Source: an uncultured Chloroflexia bacterium (lineage in GTDB: Bacteria > Chloroflexota > Limnocylindria > QHBO01). From it: DNA of 64,000 bases. This document shows positions 32,389 to 43,739 of the stretch, piece by piece. The stretch is taken from NCBI GenBank assembly GCA_963753125.1, contig CAVWAU010000002.1, forward strand, positions 7,199 through 71,198, written 5' to 3'. Both the position numbers and the translations under genes were made by a program. The notes beneath the pieces are model-generated. The model saw only the letters and a program-made list of their open reading frames with translations, was not told the origin of the DNA and did not search any database. Each line of letters starts with the position of its first letter. The stretch's first letter is position 1.

Positions 32389-33184
32389 GTCGCTGACGAG
32401 CTCGACCCCCGACGCGCTGTGGAGCGCGCCGCTCCTGCGGGTCCTGCGTCCGGCCGCCGTGACCTGCACGGGCCTCAAGCGAGGCCGTGAGCTGGATCAC
32501 TGCTCGCTCTCCGTCCCGCACGGCGCGCGACTCCTGCTCGTCTCCGACCCGGATGCCACCGCCTCGACGCTGCTGCGCGTCCTCGCCGGGCTGTCGCGCG
32601 TCGAACGGGGGGACATCCAGATCGCCGGCTCCAGCAACCCCACGACAGCCGGCTGGGGACGCCGGCTTGCGTACCTCGGACCCGATCCGGGGATGCACAC
32701 CTGGATGACGCCGGTGGAGGCGCTCCAGCTCGCGGCTCAGCTGCTGGATCTCGCGCCCGCCGAGGCAGCGCGGCGGATCGAGCGAGCCATCGCCTGGGCC
32801 CGGATTCCGTCCGAGGCCGCCTCGCGGCCCATGCGGCGCGGGGGCGAGCCCCTGCAGCAGCGAACCGGCCTCGCGGCCGCACTGATCGGGGATCCCGAGG
32901 TCCTGCTGCTCGACGAGCCGTTGCGCGCGCTCGACGAGCGTGAGCGAAAGCGGCTCCTGAAGCTCCCGGGGCGGCGACGGACGGTCATGCTCGCGAGCCG
33001 GTATCCGGCCAGCGAGGTCGGGCTCATGGCGCACGTCGCGTACCTGCGCGCGGGCCGGGTCGAGCTGATCGCGCCGGTCGGCGCGCTCGAGAAGGCGGAG
33101 CTACCGCTGTCACATCGCGGGATCGCGGCGCTGGCCGAGATGCGGGCGGCGGGCATGGTCGCGCGCGGCGCGGCGTCCGCGTGA
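32389..33184 (+). CDS. ABC ATPase-like protein with degenerate Walker A (start approximate)
   Basis: Walker B VLLLDEP intact; P-loop reads VSDPDATAST; signature and H-loop also altered. Confidence 0.7.
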
Positions 33185-33867
33185 GCCAGACGGGGGTCGT
33201 GACCCGGCTCGCGCTGCGCGAGCTGTGGATCAGCTTCCGGCTCCTCGCCCTGCTGGCCGTCTACGTCGGCGCCGGCGCGTTCGTGGCGCTGCTCCCGGCT
33301 CCGATGCCGACGGTCCTCGTCCGACTGGCGATCGGCGTTGCCGCGGCGATGGTCGTCGGGGCGGCGATCGCGGGCTGGTCCCTCAGCCGCGAGCGCGCGC
33401 TCGGCCGGGCCGGCTGGCTCGCGACGCGGTCCATCCCCCGCGGGACGATCCTGGTCGGCTGGTTCACCGCGCTGGCACTGGTTTCGATGTTTGGCATCAT
33501 CGCCGTCGGTGTCCTGGGTTGGCTCGCCGCTTCGGCGCCGGGAGGGACGCTGGATCCGTTGGCCTTCGGGCTGACGTTCGCGGCGATCGCCTGCGGCGCG
33601 ATCGGCATGCTGGCGCTGGGCCTGCTGGCCGGGTCGCTTCTCCGCCCGTCACTCGCCGCGATCGTGGCGGCGGTCGCCGGACTGGCCCTGGGCGGCGCGG
33701 CGTGGCTTGGACTGCCACGCGTTGAGATCCCGGTCGAGGCGCTCGCGCAGCTGTCGCAGCTGTCCAGCCCCATCTCGGTGGCGATCCAGGGCGCCGGGGT
33801 GGGGCTGGCCGCCGCCGGCGTCCTGCTGTTCCTCGCCCGGGTGGCGTTCAACCGCGTCGACCTGTGA
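33181..33867 (+). CDS. ABC-2-like membrane protein
   Basis: About 6 TM helices; SRERALGRAGWLATRSIPR; C-terminal FNRVDL; GTGA-coupled. Confidence 0.7.
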   Translation: MSQTGVVTRLALRELWISFRLLALLAVYVGAGAFVALLPAPMPTVLVRLAIGVAAAMVVGAAIAGWSLSRERALGRAGWLATRSIPRGTILVGWFTALALVSMFGIIAVGVLGWLAASAPGGTLDPLAFGLTFAAIACGAIGMLALGLLAGSLLRPSLAAIVAAVAGLALGGAAWLGLPRVEIPVEALAQLSQLSSPISVAIQGAGVGLAAAGVLLFLARVAFNRVDL

Positions 33868-35474
33868 CCGACCAGCAGCAGCGGATCCATCCCGTGGCGG
33901 CCTGGGCCGCGCTCGCGTTCGCCAGCCTCGGCGTGTTCCTCGGTGGTGCCGAGCTGATGGTGGTGGCGATCGCCCTGCCCTCGATCGTGGCGGACTTCGG
34001 CGGTTGGGCCGACCTGGCGCGGGTGAGCTGGATCGTGAACGCCTACCTGCTGGCGTACGTCGTCGCCATGCCCCTCGCCGGGCGCGGGGCCGACCTGTGG
34101 GGCGCCCGCCGCCTCTACGTGCTGGCGCTGCTGCTCTTCGTCATCGGCAGCGCCGGGGCGGGTCTCTCACGCTTCGCAGGCCCGGAGGACGGGCTGACCT
34201 GGCTCATCATCGCCCGGGTGGTGCAGGGATTCGGCGGCGGAGCGCTGGTGCCGCTCTCGATGGCCCTGGCAAGCCACCTGTTCAGCGGCCGCGCGCGGTC
34301 GGTGGCGCTCGGCCTGGAAGGTGCGGCCACCTACATCGGCATGGCGATCGGTCCGGCGTACGGGGCGTGGGTCCTCCTCAACTTCAGCCTCCCGATTCCC
34401 GGCCTGGACATGGCCAGCTGGCAGTGGATCTTCCTGCTCAACGTGCCGATCGGGATCGTCACGATGCTGCTGATCTACGTGGTGGCCGGCGGCATCGAGA
34501 CGCCGCGCGTTCCTGGCCGTTTGGACCTGGTTGGAGCGCTGCTGCTGTCCGTTGCGCTGGTGTCCGGCATCGGATCGGTGACGGTCTCGGGCGCGAGCGG
34601 CTGGACGGATCCGCTCGTCATCGGCGGCCTGGCTCTGGCAGCCGCCTCGTCCGCCGCCTTCGTGTGGTACGAGCTCCGATCGCGGTCGCCGCTCGTCGAC
34701 CTGCGCCTGTTCGCCGACCGCGCCTTCAGTGCGGCGAACGCGATGAGCCTGCTGACGGGCTACACCCTGGCGACGGCAATCATCGGTGGACCGGTCTTCG
34801 TCAACCGCGTCCTGTTCGGCACCGCCGCGCAGTCGTCGACGGTGCTGACTGCCCTGACACTGGCGATCGCGGCCGGCGCGCTGGTCGGCGGCCTCGCCAG
34901 CGGGTTCATCGGCGAGCGGATCGTGGCGGTGGCCGGCGTCATCCTCACGGCCGTCGGACTCTGGCTGGCGCTCGGATGGGGCGTCGAGACCGAGATCGAT
35001 CGGCTCGTCCGCGACCTCGCGATCTTCGGGTTCGGTTTCGGGCTGACGGTCTCGCCGCGCGCGACGGCGGCGGTCGAGGCGGCCGGCGCGGGCGCCTACG
35101 GGGTGGCGAGCGCGATGCTCCAGATCACGCGCACGGTGGGCATGAGCATCGGGCTCGCGCTGCTGACCTCCATCGGCCAGAACCGGATCGACGAGCTCTC
35201 GGCGCTGATCGCCGATCCATCGCGACGCGACGCGCTCGTCGTCTCGCTGGGCCGGCCGGAGTTCGTCGGCGTCGACCCACAGGCGTCGCTCGCTCTCGTG
35301 GAGGTGCTCGAGAGGTGGTCGCAGGGCGAGTCGGCGGAGGTGCTTCAGCTGGTGATGAGCATCGCGCTGGGCGTGGCGCTCGTCACGTTGGTGCCGGCCT
35401 GGTTCGTCCGGGGCCGGCGGACAGGCGGCCAGCGGGCCCGATGGCTCATGAGCGGTCGGGGTCGGCCACGATGA
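33864..35474 (+). CDS. 14-TMS MFS (DHA2) transporter, P55/Rv1410c-like
   Basis: WIVNAYLLAYVVAMPLAGR.AD; ARVVQG.GGG; WQWIFLLNVPIG; PLVDLRLF. Confidence 0.88.
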   Translation: MTDQQQRIHPVAAWAALAFASLGVFLGGAELMVVAIALPSIVADFGGWADLARVSWIVNAYLLAYVVAMPLAGRGADLWGARRLYVLALLLFVIGSAGAGLSRFAGPEDGLTWLIIARVVQGFGGGALVPLSMALASHLFSGRARSVALGLEGAATYIGMAIGPAYGAWVLLNFSLPIPGLDMASWQWIFLLNVPIGIVTMLLIYVVAGGIETPRVPGRLDLVGALLLSVALVSGIGSVTVSGASGWTDPLVIGGLALAAASSAAFVWYELRSRSPLVDLRLFADRAFSAANAMSLLTGYTLATAIIGGPVFVNRVLFGTAAQSSTVLTALTLAIAAGALVGGLASGFIGERIVAVAGVILTAVGLWLALGWGVETEIDRLVRDLAIFGFGFGLTVSPRATAAVEAAGAGAYGVASAMLQITRTVGMSIGLALLTSIGQNRIDELSALIADPSRRDALVVSLGRPEFVGVDPQASLALVEVLERWSQGESAEVLQLVMSIALGVALVTLVPAWFVRGRRTGGQRARWLMSGRGRPR

Positions 35475-36175
35475 CGAGCTCGCCCCAGTTGCGGTTGTAG
35501 CCCTGCGACGTCTGGAGCGTCAGCCGCTCGTAGTCGGTCGAGGTGGTCCAGAACCCTGCCTCGTCGCACGTCGTCGTGGATCTGGAGCGCCAGCGGCGGG
35601 ATCCGGGCGGGTTCAGGGCCGGATCGGCGTTGGGGTCCGGGCAGGCGACGTTGGGGCGCACCTCGGTCACGACGTAGCGCAGCACCGAGCCGTCCGACAT
35701 GCGCACCAGGACCTCGGCGCCGAGCTGCACGTTCCAGAGCGGCTTGAAGAGGCGAGTTCAGCGCGTGGGCGAAGATGTACGAGTTCGTGTTGCGCCCCGG
35801 CTGGTGGGCTGCCTGGCAGGATGTACGCGGCATCGTCCGGCGGGAAGCGGTCGGTCTCGTCGCTGGTCGATTGCTTGACCGCGCACGTTGATGCCGACCG
35901 ACGGGACGCTCGAGCTGGACCGCCACCACGTCCGAGGGCAGGGGTGACGGCGTCGGCTGCGCGGTGGGCTCCACGCTCGCGCTCGGCGTGGCCGAGACGG
36001 ACGGCTCGGGCGTCGGTGTCGGCGTCGCCTCCGCGATGGGCGTGGGCGTCGTGCTCGGGAAGGGCGGCAGGCTCGCGGTCGGCTCTGCGTCGAGATCGAG
36101 CGTGCCGATGATAATGAGGGCGACCCCCGCCACCCCCAGGATGATCGGGAGCGCCCACGAGGAGAGACGCTGCAC
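35446..36175 (-). CDS. Sortase-fold protein with Cys-to-Ser at the catalytic position (frameshifted)
   Basis: N-terminal TM, Pro/Thr linker, PG.N.NSYIFAHA, F..LWN.Q.G, YVV, ERLTLQTS. Confidence 0.65.
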
Positions 36176-36200
36176 GTGGCCGAGTCTAGCCAACGCACCG

Positions 36201-36994
36201 ATGCGCCGCTGTCGCGAGCGCATCGAGCTGGCGCGCGACGCGCTGGCCGATGCGCCCGCCGGCCTGCTGACCGACTTCGACGGCACGATCTCACCGATCG
36301 TCACCGATCCGGCGCTGGCGCGCCTGGTGGCCGGCGCCGATGGCGCGCTCGCCGCGCTGGCCGAGCGACTGGCGGTCGTCGCCGTCATCACCGGCCGCGC
36401 GCCGATCGACGCGCGGCGGCTGGCCGGCGTGCCGGGGATCCTGATCGCCGGCAACCACGGCATGGAGTGGCTGGAGCCGGGCGAGTCGGAGCCGACGCCG
36501 CTCCCGGCGCGTCGCGGCGTCGTCCGACCGGCTCGACGAGGTGCTGGCCCGCCTCCCGGAGATGCCCGGGCGTGGTGCCCGAGCACAAGGGCGTCTCCGC
36601 ATCGGTCCACTACCGCAGCGCGCCGGATCCGGAGGCGGCGCGGTCGGCCATCGTGCGCGCGCTCGGCGACGTCGACGACCAGGGGCTTCGGATCAACCAC
36701 GGCCGGATGATCGTGGAGGTGCGGCCGGTCGGCCTCGGCGACAAGGGGAGCGCGGCGCGCGCGATCGTCGAGCGCTTCGGCGCTGCGCGGCGTCGTGGTG
36801 CTCGGCGACGACGTCACCGACCTCGACATGTTCCGCGCCGTCGACGAGCTGCGGGGCGCGGGCCGCCTGCGCGGCGCGATCATCGGCGTGGGCGGCGCGG
36901 CGGGGGAGGTGCTGCCGGCGCTGGTCGGGCCTGCGACGTGGTCCTCGCCGATCCGGCCGAGGTGGCCGTGCTGCTCACGGAGCTCAGCCGCTGA
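36201..36994 (+). CDS. otsB: Trehalose-6-phosphate phosphatase (frameshifted)
   Basis: DFDGTISPIV, ITGR, GNHGME, EHKG..SVHYR, DKG, GDDVTDLDMF. Confidence 0.9.
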
Positions 36995-38490
36995 GCGCTG
37001 CCAGGTCCTCGAGCTGGGGGCGCAGCCACCAGCTGATGTCCTCGCGCTCGACCCCGCGGCGCAGCCGCGCGAGGCGGCGGCGGCGCTCCTCGATCGGCAT
37101 GCAGCGCCCTCGGCAGCGCGTCGGCGGTGCCGACCACGTCGGCCGGCGCGACGGCCAGGGCGCCATCGGCCATCTGGTCGAACGCGCCGGCGGTCTCGGA
37201 CAGGACCAGCACCGCGTCGCGCTGCGGAGACGACGACCGCCTCCTTGGCGACCAGGTTCATGCCGTCGACCAGCGGGTTGACGAGCACGACGTCGGCGAT
37301 CGAGAGGCCCGGCCAGGGCCTGCGCGTAGTCGTTCTCGTAGAAGAGCTGGACCGGGCGCCAGCCCGCCCTCCCGAAGCGGGCGTTGATGCGGTCGACCGC
37401 GCTCTGCACCTTGCGGCCGTAGTCGCCGTACTCGCGCAGGCCCGGTGCGCGACGGGACGAGGAAGGCGAGGAAGCTGATCCGGCCGCGCAGCCGCGGGTG
37501 GCGCTGCAGCAGCGCCTCGTAGGCGAGGAAGCCGCGCAGGATGTTCTTCGACGGCTCCAGCCGGTCGACCCGCACGATGACCTTCTCGCGGGCGCCGCCC
37601 AGCAGCTGGTCGGCTCGGCGCCGCGCGGCCCTCGAGCCGGCGATGCGCGCGCGTGGCGTCGACGTCGATGCTGATCGGGTAGTGCCGCACGTGGGTCGTC
37701 CGGCGGCCGCGCCGCGCCGTCCGCTCGCCGTAGTCGACCTTCGCGTCGGGCACGAACGACTCGACCATGCGCAGGAAGTTGTGCGCATAGCGCTCCGTCT
37801 GGAAGCCGACCACGTCGTTGGCCAGCAGCCCGGTGGCGATGCCGACCCGGATCGCGGGCGCGATGGTCTGCCAGATGCACGACGGCGGCCACGGGATGTG
37901 GGTGAAGTGGCTGAGGACCGCCCGCGGGCGGGCGCGACGGATGCGCAGGGCGGCCGAGTAGAGGTGGTAGTCGTGGAGCATGACGCGCGGCTCGCGATCG
38001 CCCCGCGCCTGGGCCAGCACGGCCGCGCGAAGGCCTCGTTGACGGCCACGTAGCCGCGCTCCCAGGCGCGCATCGTGGCCGCGTCGATCACCGGGCGCTC
38101 GGGCAGGTTCCACATCTGGTGCTGGAGGAACCACAGGAGCGGGTTGGCGATCACGTTGTAGGCCGCCTCGTAGACCGGGCGCTCGACCGATGCGAAGCGC
38201 AGGCGGATCGCGTCGTCGCCGCCCGCGACCTGGCGCAGCAGCCTGGGATCGGCGGCCGCGCGGCGGTCGCCCTCGCTCATCGCGGCCGCCACCCAGGTCA
38301 CCGGCACGTGGCGGCCGACCTGGCCGAGCGCGGTGACGAGCCCGCCCGAGCCGCGCCGCGGGCGGAGCGAGCCATCGGCGGCCGAGACGAACGTGACCGG
38401 GCCGCGGTTGGTGGCGATGATCAGGCGGCGGTCGCCGAGGAGCGCGGCCGCGGCCGCCCCGAGGGCGGTGTCGGCTTCGGCGGCGCTCAT
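36984..38490 (-). CDS. otsA: Trehalose-6-phosphate synthase (frameshifted)
   Basis: NRGP, GGLVTAL, HDYHL, HIPWP, YPISID, RVDRLEPSKN, DGMNLVAKE. Confidence 0.92.
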
Positions 38491-38494
38491 GGGC

Positions 38495-39958
38495 TCAGAA
38501 GAGGCTCGCCGCAGACACCTCGAGCAGGCCGAGGATGGCGCCCGGGAAGAGCCCGAGGATCACGACGCCAGCCACCGAGAGCGCGAGGGCCAGCGAGCCG
38601 AACGGATGGGTGTCGATGGGCGCGGGATCGGGCTCGGGGTCGCGCATGTACATGTAGACGATGACGCGCAGGTAGTAGAAGGCGGCCATCGCCGCGTTGA
38701 GCGCGATGATCACCGCCAGCCAGGCCAGGTCGGCGTCGACCGTGGCCAGCAGCACGTACAGCTTGGCGAAGAAGCCGACCGTCGGCGGGATGCCGGTCAG
38801 GCTGAGCATCAGGATGGCCATGGCGGCGGCACGGCCGGGGCGCGCGAGGCGAGGCCGGCGAACGAGTTCAGCCCGCCGAAGCGGCGCGTGTCGCGCTGGA
38901 GCATGCCGACCACCGCGAAGGCCGCGATGTTCATGACCGCGTAGCCGAGGACGTAGAAGAGCACCGACTCGATGCCCTGCGCCGCGGCCTCGGGAGTCGG
39001 TCGCGTTCGCGAACGCGGCCAGCCCGGCCATGATGTAGCCGGTGTGGGCGATGCTCGAGTAGGCGAGCATCCGCTTCACGTTGGTCTGGGTCAGGGCGAC
39101 CACGTTGCCGACCGTCATGGTCAGCACGGTCAGGACCAGGAAGATGCCGAGCCAATCGGCGCGCAGCGGCTCGAGCGCCTCGGCGAAGACGCGGATCAGC
39201 AGCGCGAAGGCGCCGAGCTTGGGGCCGACCGACAGGAAGCCGGTGATCGGCGTCGGCGCGCCCTGGTAGGCGTCCGGCGTCCAGTAGTGGAACGGCACCG
39301 CCGCGATCTTGAACGCGGCGCCGACGGTCAGGAAGCCGATCGCCACCAGCAGCGCGCCGCTCATCCGGCCCTCGACCGACGCGGCGATCTCGGCGATGTT
39401 GGTCGTGCCGGTCAGCCCGTAGATCCAGCTGATGCCGAACAGCAGGATGGCGCGGACGCGAAGCTGCCGAGCAGGAAGTACTTCAGGCCGCCCTCGTTGC
39501 TGTACCGATCGGTCTTGTGCAGGCCGGTCAGCAGGTACGCGGGCATCACCATCAGCTCGAGGCCGAGGAACAGGGTGATCAGGTCGCTGCTCGAGGCCAG
39601 CACGCACATGCCCAGCAGCGCGCTGACCAGGATCATGTTGAACTCGCCCAGCGGGATGCGGCGCGCGAGCAGGTACGACGGCGCGAACAGCGCCGAGAAG
39701 ATGCCGATCACGATCGTGGCGCCCTTGAAGAAGACGGACAGGTCGTCGACCACGTAGAAGCCGGCGTAGACCGTCTCGTTGATGCCCCAGACCAGCACGC
39801 AGGCGGCACCGGCCAGGATCAGCCCGGCCACGGTCAGCGGCGTGAGCAGCCACTTGTTGTCGCGCGACAGGAACAGGTCGACGGTGATGATCGACCAGCA
39901 CCAGCGCGACGAGCATCAGCTCCGGCAGGAGCGTGACGAGGTCGTCGACGTAGTTCAT
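38495..39958 (-). CDS. nuoN: NADH-quinone oxidoreductase subunit N (frameshifted)
   Basis: SNEGGLKYF, FKIAAVPFHYWTPDAYQGAPTP, KRMLAYSSIAHTGY. Confidence 0.95.
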   Translation of the reverse strand: MNYVDDLVTLLPELMLVALVLVDHHRRPVPVARQQVAAHAADRGRADPGRCRLRAGLGHQRDGLRRLLRGRRPVRLLQGRHDRDRHLLGAVRAVVPARAPHPAGRVQHDPGQRAAGHVRAGLEQRPDHPVPRPRADGDARVPADRPAQDRSVQQRGRPEVLPARQLRVRAILLFGISWIYGLTGTTNIAEIAASVEGRMSGALLVAIGFLTVGAAFKIAAVPFHYWTPDAYQGAPTPITGFLSVGPKLGAFALLIRVFAEALEPLRADWLGIFLVLTVLTMTVGNVVALTQTNVKRMLAYSSIAHTGYIMAGLAAFANATDSRGRGAGHRVGALLRPRLRGHEHRGLRGGRHAPARHAPLRRAELVRRPRLARPGRAAAMAILMLSLTGIPPTVGFFAKLYVLLATVDADLAWLAVIIALNAAMAAFYYLRVIVYMYMRDPEPDPAPIDTHPFGSLALALSVAGVVILGLFPGAILGLLEVSAASLF

Positions 39959-39968
39959 CGGTCCACCC

Positions 39969-41478
39969 TCACCACAGCGGCCCGAAGCCGGTCAGGCCGG
40001 CGCCGTTGACGGCCTCGATGATCCGGTCGACCGGCGCGGCGATCACCTCCAGCACCGGTCCGGGGTACACGCCGAGCGCCACCACCAGCACGATGAGCGG
40101 CGCCAGCGCCAGCCACTCGTTGCGGTTCATGTCGCGCAGGCGCGGCCCAGGAGCGGCGCATCCAGTCGGACGGCACCGTGAAGAAGACGCGCTGGAACAT
40201 CCACAGCATGTAGACCGCGCTGATGATGACGACGAGCATGGCCGCCGCCGCCACCCAGCCGTTGGAGCTGGAAGGCGCCGAGCACGACCAGGAACTCGCC
40301 GATGAAGCCGGAGAGGCCCGGCAGGCCGATGCTGGCGAAGGTGAACAGCCCGAAGATGGCCGCGTAGCGCGGCACGCGGGCGTTGAGGCCGCCCATGTGC
40401 GCGATCAGCCGGTCGTGGGTCTGCTCGTAGATGACGCCGACCAGCAGGAACAGCGCGCCGGTGGTGATGCCGTGGCTGACCATCTGGAAGATCGGCGCCC
40501 TGCAGGCCCTGCTCGTTGAACACGAACGCGCCGAGCATGACGAAGCCCATGTGGCTGACGCTCGAGTAGGCGATCAGCTTCTTGAGGTCGGGCTGCACCA
40601 TGCTGACCAGCGCCGCCGTACAGGATGGCGACGATCGCCAGGCCGATGATCGATCGGCGCGAAGCTGACGGCCGCATCGGGCAGCAGCGGCAGGCTGTAG
40701 CGCAGGAAGCCGTAGCCGCCGAGCTTCAGCATGACGCCGGCCAGGATGATGGAGCCGGCGGTGGGCGCCTCGACGTGCGCGTCGGGCAGCCAGGTGTGGA
40801 ACGGCCACATCGGCACCTTGATGGCGAAGGCCAGGAAGAAGGCGATGAAGGCGAGCGCCTGGAGCGTGTCGGCGTAGGCGAAGCCGCGCAGGGCCTCGTA
40901 GCTGAACGTGAACGGGTTGCCGGCCGCCGCGTGCGCGATGGCCACCGCCAGGATGGCGACCAGCATGAGCAGCGAGCCGACCAGCGTGTAGAGCACGAAC
41001 TTGACGGTGGCGTAGATCGCGGCGCGGGCCGCCCCAGACGCCGATGATCACGTACATCGGGAAGAGGCTGATCTCCCAGAAGACGTAGAACAGGAACAGG
41101 TCGAGGGCGACGAACACGCCGAGCATGCCGGTCATGAGCACCAGCATCGCGATGTAGTACTCCTTGACCCGCTTCTGGATCGGCTCCCAGGAGTAGAAGA
41201 TGCTGACCACGCTCAGGATCGTGGTCAGCAGCACGAGCACCACCGACAGCCCGTCGACGCCGAGCGTGTAGCGCATCCCGAAGGCCTCGATCCACGGCAC
41301 GTCCTCGCGGAACTGGAACTCGCTGCCGGCCGGGTCGTAGCCGAGCAGGGTCAGGAGAAGCCGAAGCTGGCCAGCGCGGCGAGCAGCGCGATCCAGCGGA
41401 TGGCCCGATGGCGATGCCGGGCACGAACAGCAGCAGCAGCACGCCGAGCAGCGGGGTGAAGACGATGAGGCTGAGCAT
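39969..41478 (-). CDS. nuoM: NADH-quinone oxidoreductase subunit M (frameshifted)
   Basis: [50 protein letters not shown]. Confidence 0.95.
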
Positions 41479-41518
41479 GGCTGCCCAGGCTCGCGTGCGA
41501 ATATACGCTCGTCCACCA

Positions 41519-43729
41519 TCACCGCACCACCGTCGCGTAGGCGATCAGCACGAGCGCCAGCCCGCCGGCGATGCCGAGGCCGTAGTTCTGGACCCGGCCG
41601 GTCTGGACCTTGCGCAGGCCGCCGCCGATCGTGCGCGCCAGCCAGCCGGCGCCGTTCACCGCGCCGTCGATGACCCTGGCGTCGAACCACCACAGCGCGT
41701 TGCTCAGCAGCACGCCGCCGCGCGCGAAGACGAGCTGGTAGATGTCGTCGACGTAGTACTTGTTCACGCTGGCGCGATACATGCCCGGGCCCAGGCCGAA
41801 CGGGATGCGCTCCACGAATCGCGCGGCCGCTCAGGCCGCTCCACGTAGAAGCGATAGCGCCAGCCAGACCCCGCGCGGCCACCACCGCGCCGACCATCAG
41901 CAGCAGGCCGCCGAGCCCGAACAGCTCGAAGCCGTGGTGCTCGCCCGCGGCGATCGACCCGGGCAGGACGCCGGCGTGCGCCTCCTCGGCGCCGTGGAAG
42001 ACCTCCTCCAGCCAGCCGTGGATCACGCCGCCCTCCGGCGGGATGCCGAGGAGCAGGCCGGCGAGGACGGTCGGCACCGCCAGGATGACGAGCGGCGCGA
42101 CCATGGTCGGCGCGCTCTCGTGGACGTGGTCCCACACCGCCTTCGGCCCGCGCCACTCGCCCCAGAAGGTCATGAAGATCATGCGGAACGTGTAGAAGGC
42201 GGTCATGAAGGCCACGATCACGCCGACCAGGTAGAAGACGAGGTAGCCGCGGTTGAACGCCTCGGCCAGGATCTCGTCCTTGCTGAAGAAGCCGGCGAAG
42301 ATCGGGATGCCGGCCAGCGCCAGCGAGCCGATCACCATGGTGATGTAGGTCCAGCGCATCCTCGCGCGCAGGTTGCCCATGAAGCGCATGTCCTGCTCGC
42401 CGCCGGCGCCGTGGATGACCGAGCCCGGAGCCCATGAACAGCAGGCCCTTGAAGAAGCCGTGGCTCACGAGGTGGAAGATGGCGGCCACCCACGCGCCGA
42501 TGCCGAGCGCGAAGAACATGTACGCCAGCTGGCTGACGGTCGAGTAGGCGAGCACCTTCTTGATGTCGTTCTGGGTCAGCGCGATGGCCGCGGCGAGGAT
42601 GGCGGTGAAGACGCCGATGCTGGCCACCACCAACATGGCGGTCGGGGCCTCGGCGAAGATCGGGTTGGCGCGGGCGACCAGGTAGACGCCGGCGTTGACC
42701 ATGGTCGCGGCGTGGATCAGCGCGCTGACCGGGGTCGGGCCCTCCATCGCGTCGGGCAGCCAGACGTGGAGCGGGAACTGCGCGCTCTTGCCGACGGCGC
42801 CGGCGAACAGCAGCAGGGCGATGATGGTGATCGGTGCCCTCGTCGAGCGTCCCGATCCGCTCGAAGACCTCGTGGAAGCTCAGCGTCCCGAGGTTGACCC
42901 AGATCATCATGATCCCGAGGCCGAACCCGAAGTCGCCGACGCGGTTGACGACGAACGCCTTCTTGGCGGCCCCGGCGGCCGAGGGCTTCTTGTACCAGAA
43001 GCCGATGAGCGCGTAGCTGCACAGGCCGACCGCCTCCCAGCCGACGTACAGCATCACGAAGTTGTCGCCCAGGATCAGCAGCAGCATGCTGAACATGAAC
43101 AGGTTCAGGTAGGCGAAGAAGCGCCAGAACCCGCGGTCGCCGTCCATGTAGCCGATCGAGTAGACGTGGACCAGGAAGCCGACGGTGCTGACCACCAGCA
43201 GGAGCATCGCGGTCAGCGCGTCGACGAGGAAGCTGATCTCGATCTGGAAGTCGCCCGACGCGATCCACTCGTAGATGCGTGACCTCGTACTCGTTGCCGC
43301 CGAAGATGACGTTGGCGAACACGATCATGCTCAGGACCCAGCATCGATGCCCACCAGGCCGGTCGGCACGATCCACGACCGGTAGCGCGGCCGCTCCGCC
43401 CCCGGCGTCACGTGCCCGGCCTGGCCGAGCCCGTCGTTGAACTCGGGCGGGATCACGCCATCGGCGCCGTCGGCGTTGGCGAGGTCGTCGGCGTGGCCGG
43501 CGTGCGGGCTGGTTGCGGCCTGCTCCTCCTCGGTGGGGATGGTGCGGAGCTCCGAGTCGTCGACGTCGTGGTGCGCGTCGTCGTCCGTGTCGTCGTGCGT
43601 CGTCGTGCTCGTCGTGCGTCGTCGCCGTGGCCGTGGAGCGGGCACGCGGTCGAGCCGCGGGCCGGCGAGGACGGCGAACAGGAACCCGGCCAGGGGCAGC
43701 GCCGGAATGAGGACGATCAGCAGCTCCAT
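41519..43729 (-). CDS. nuoL: NADH-quinone oxidoreductase subunit L (frameshifted; His/Asp-rich insertion)
   Basis: [45 protein letters not shown]. Confidence 0.95.
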
Positions 43730-43739
43730 CGGTCCTCGC

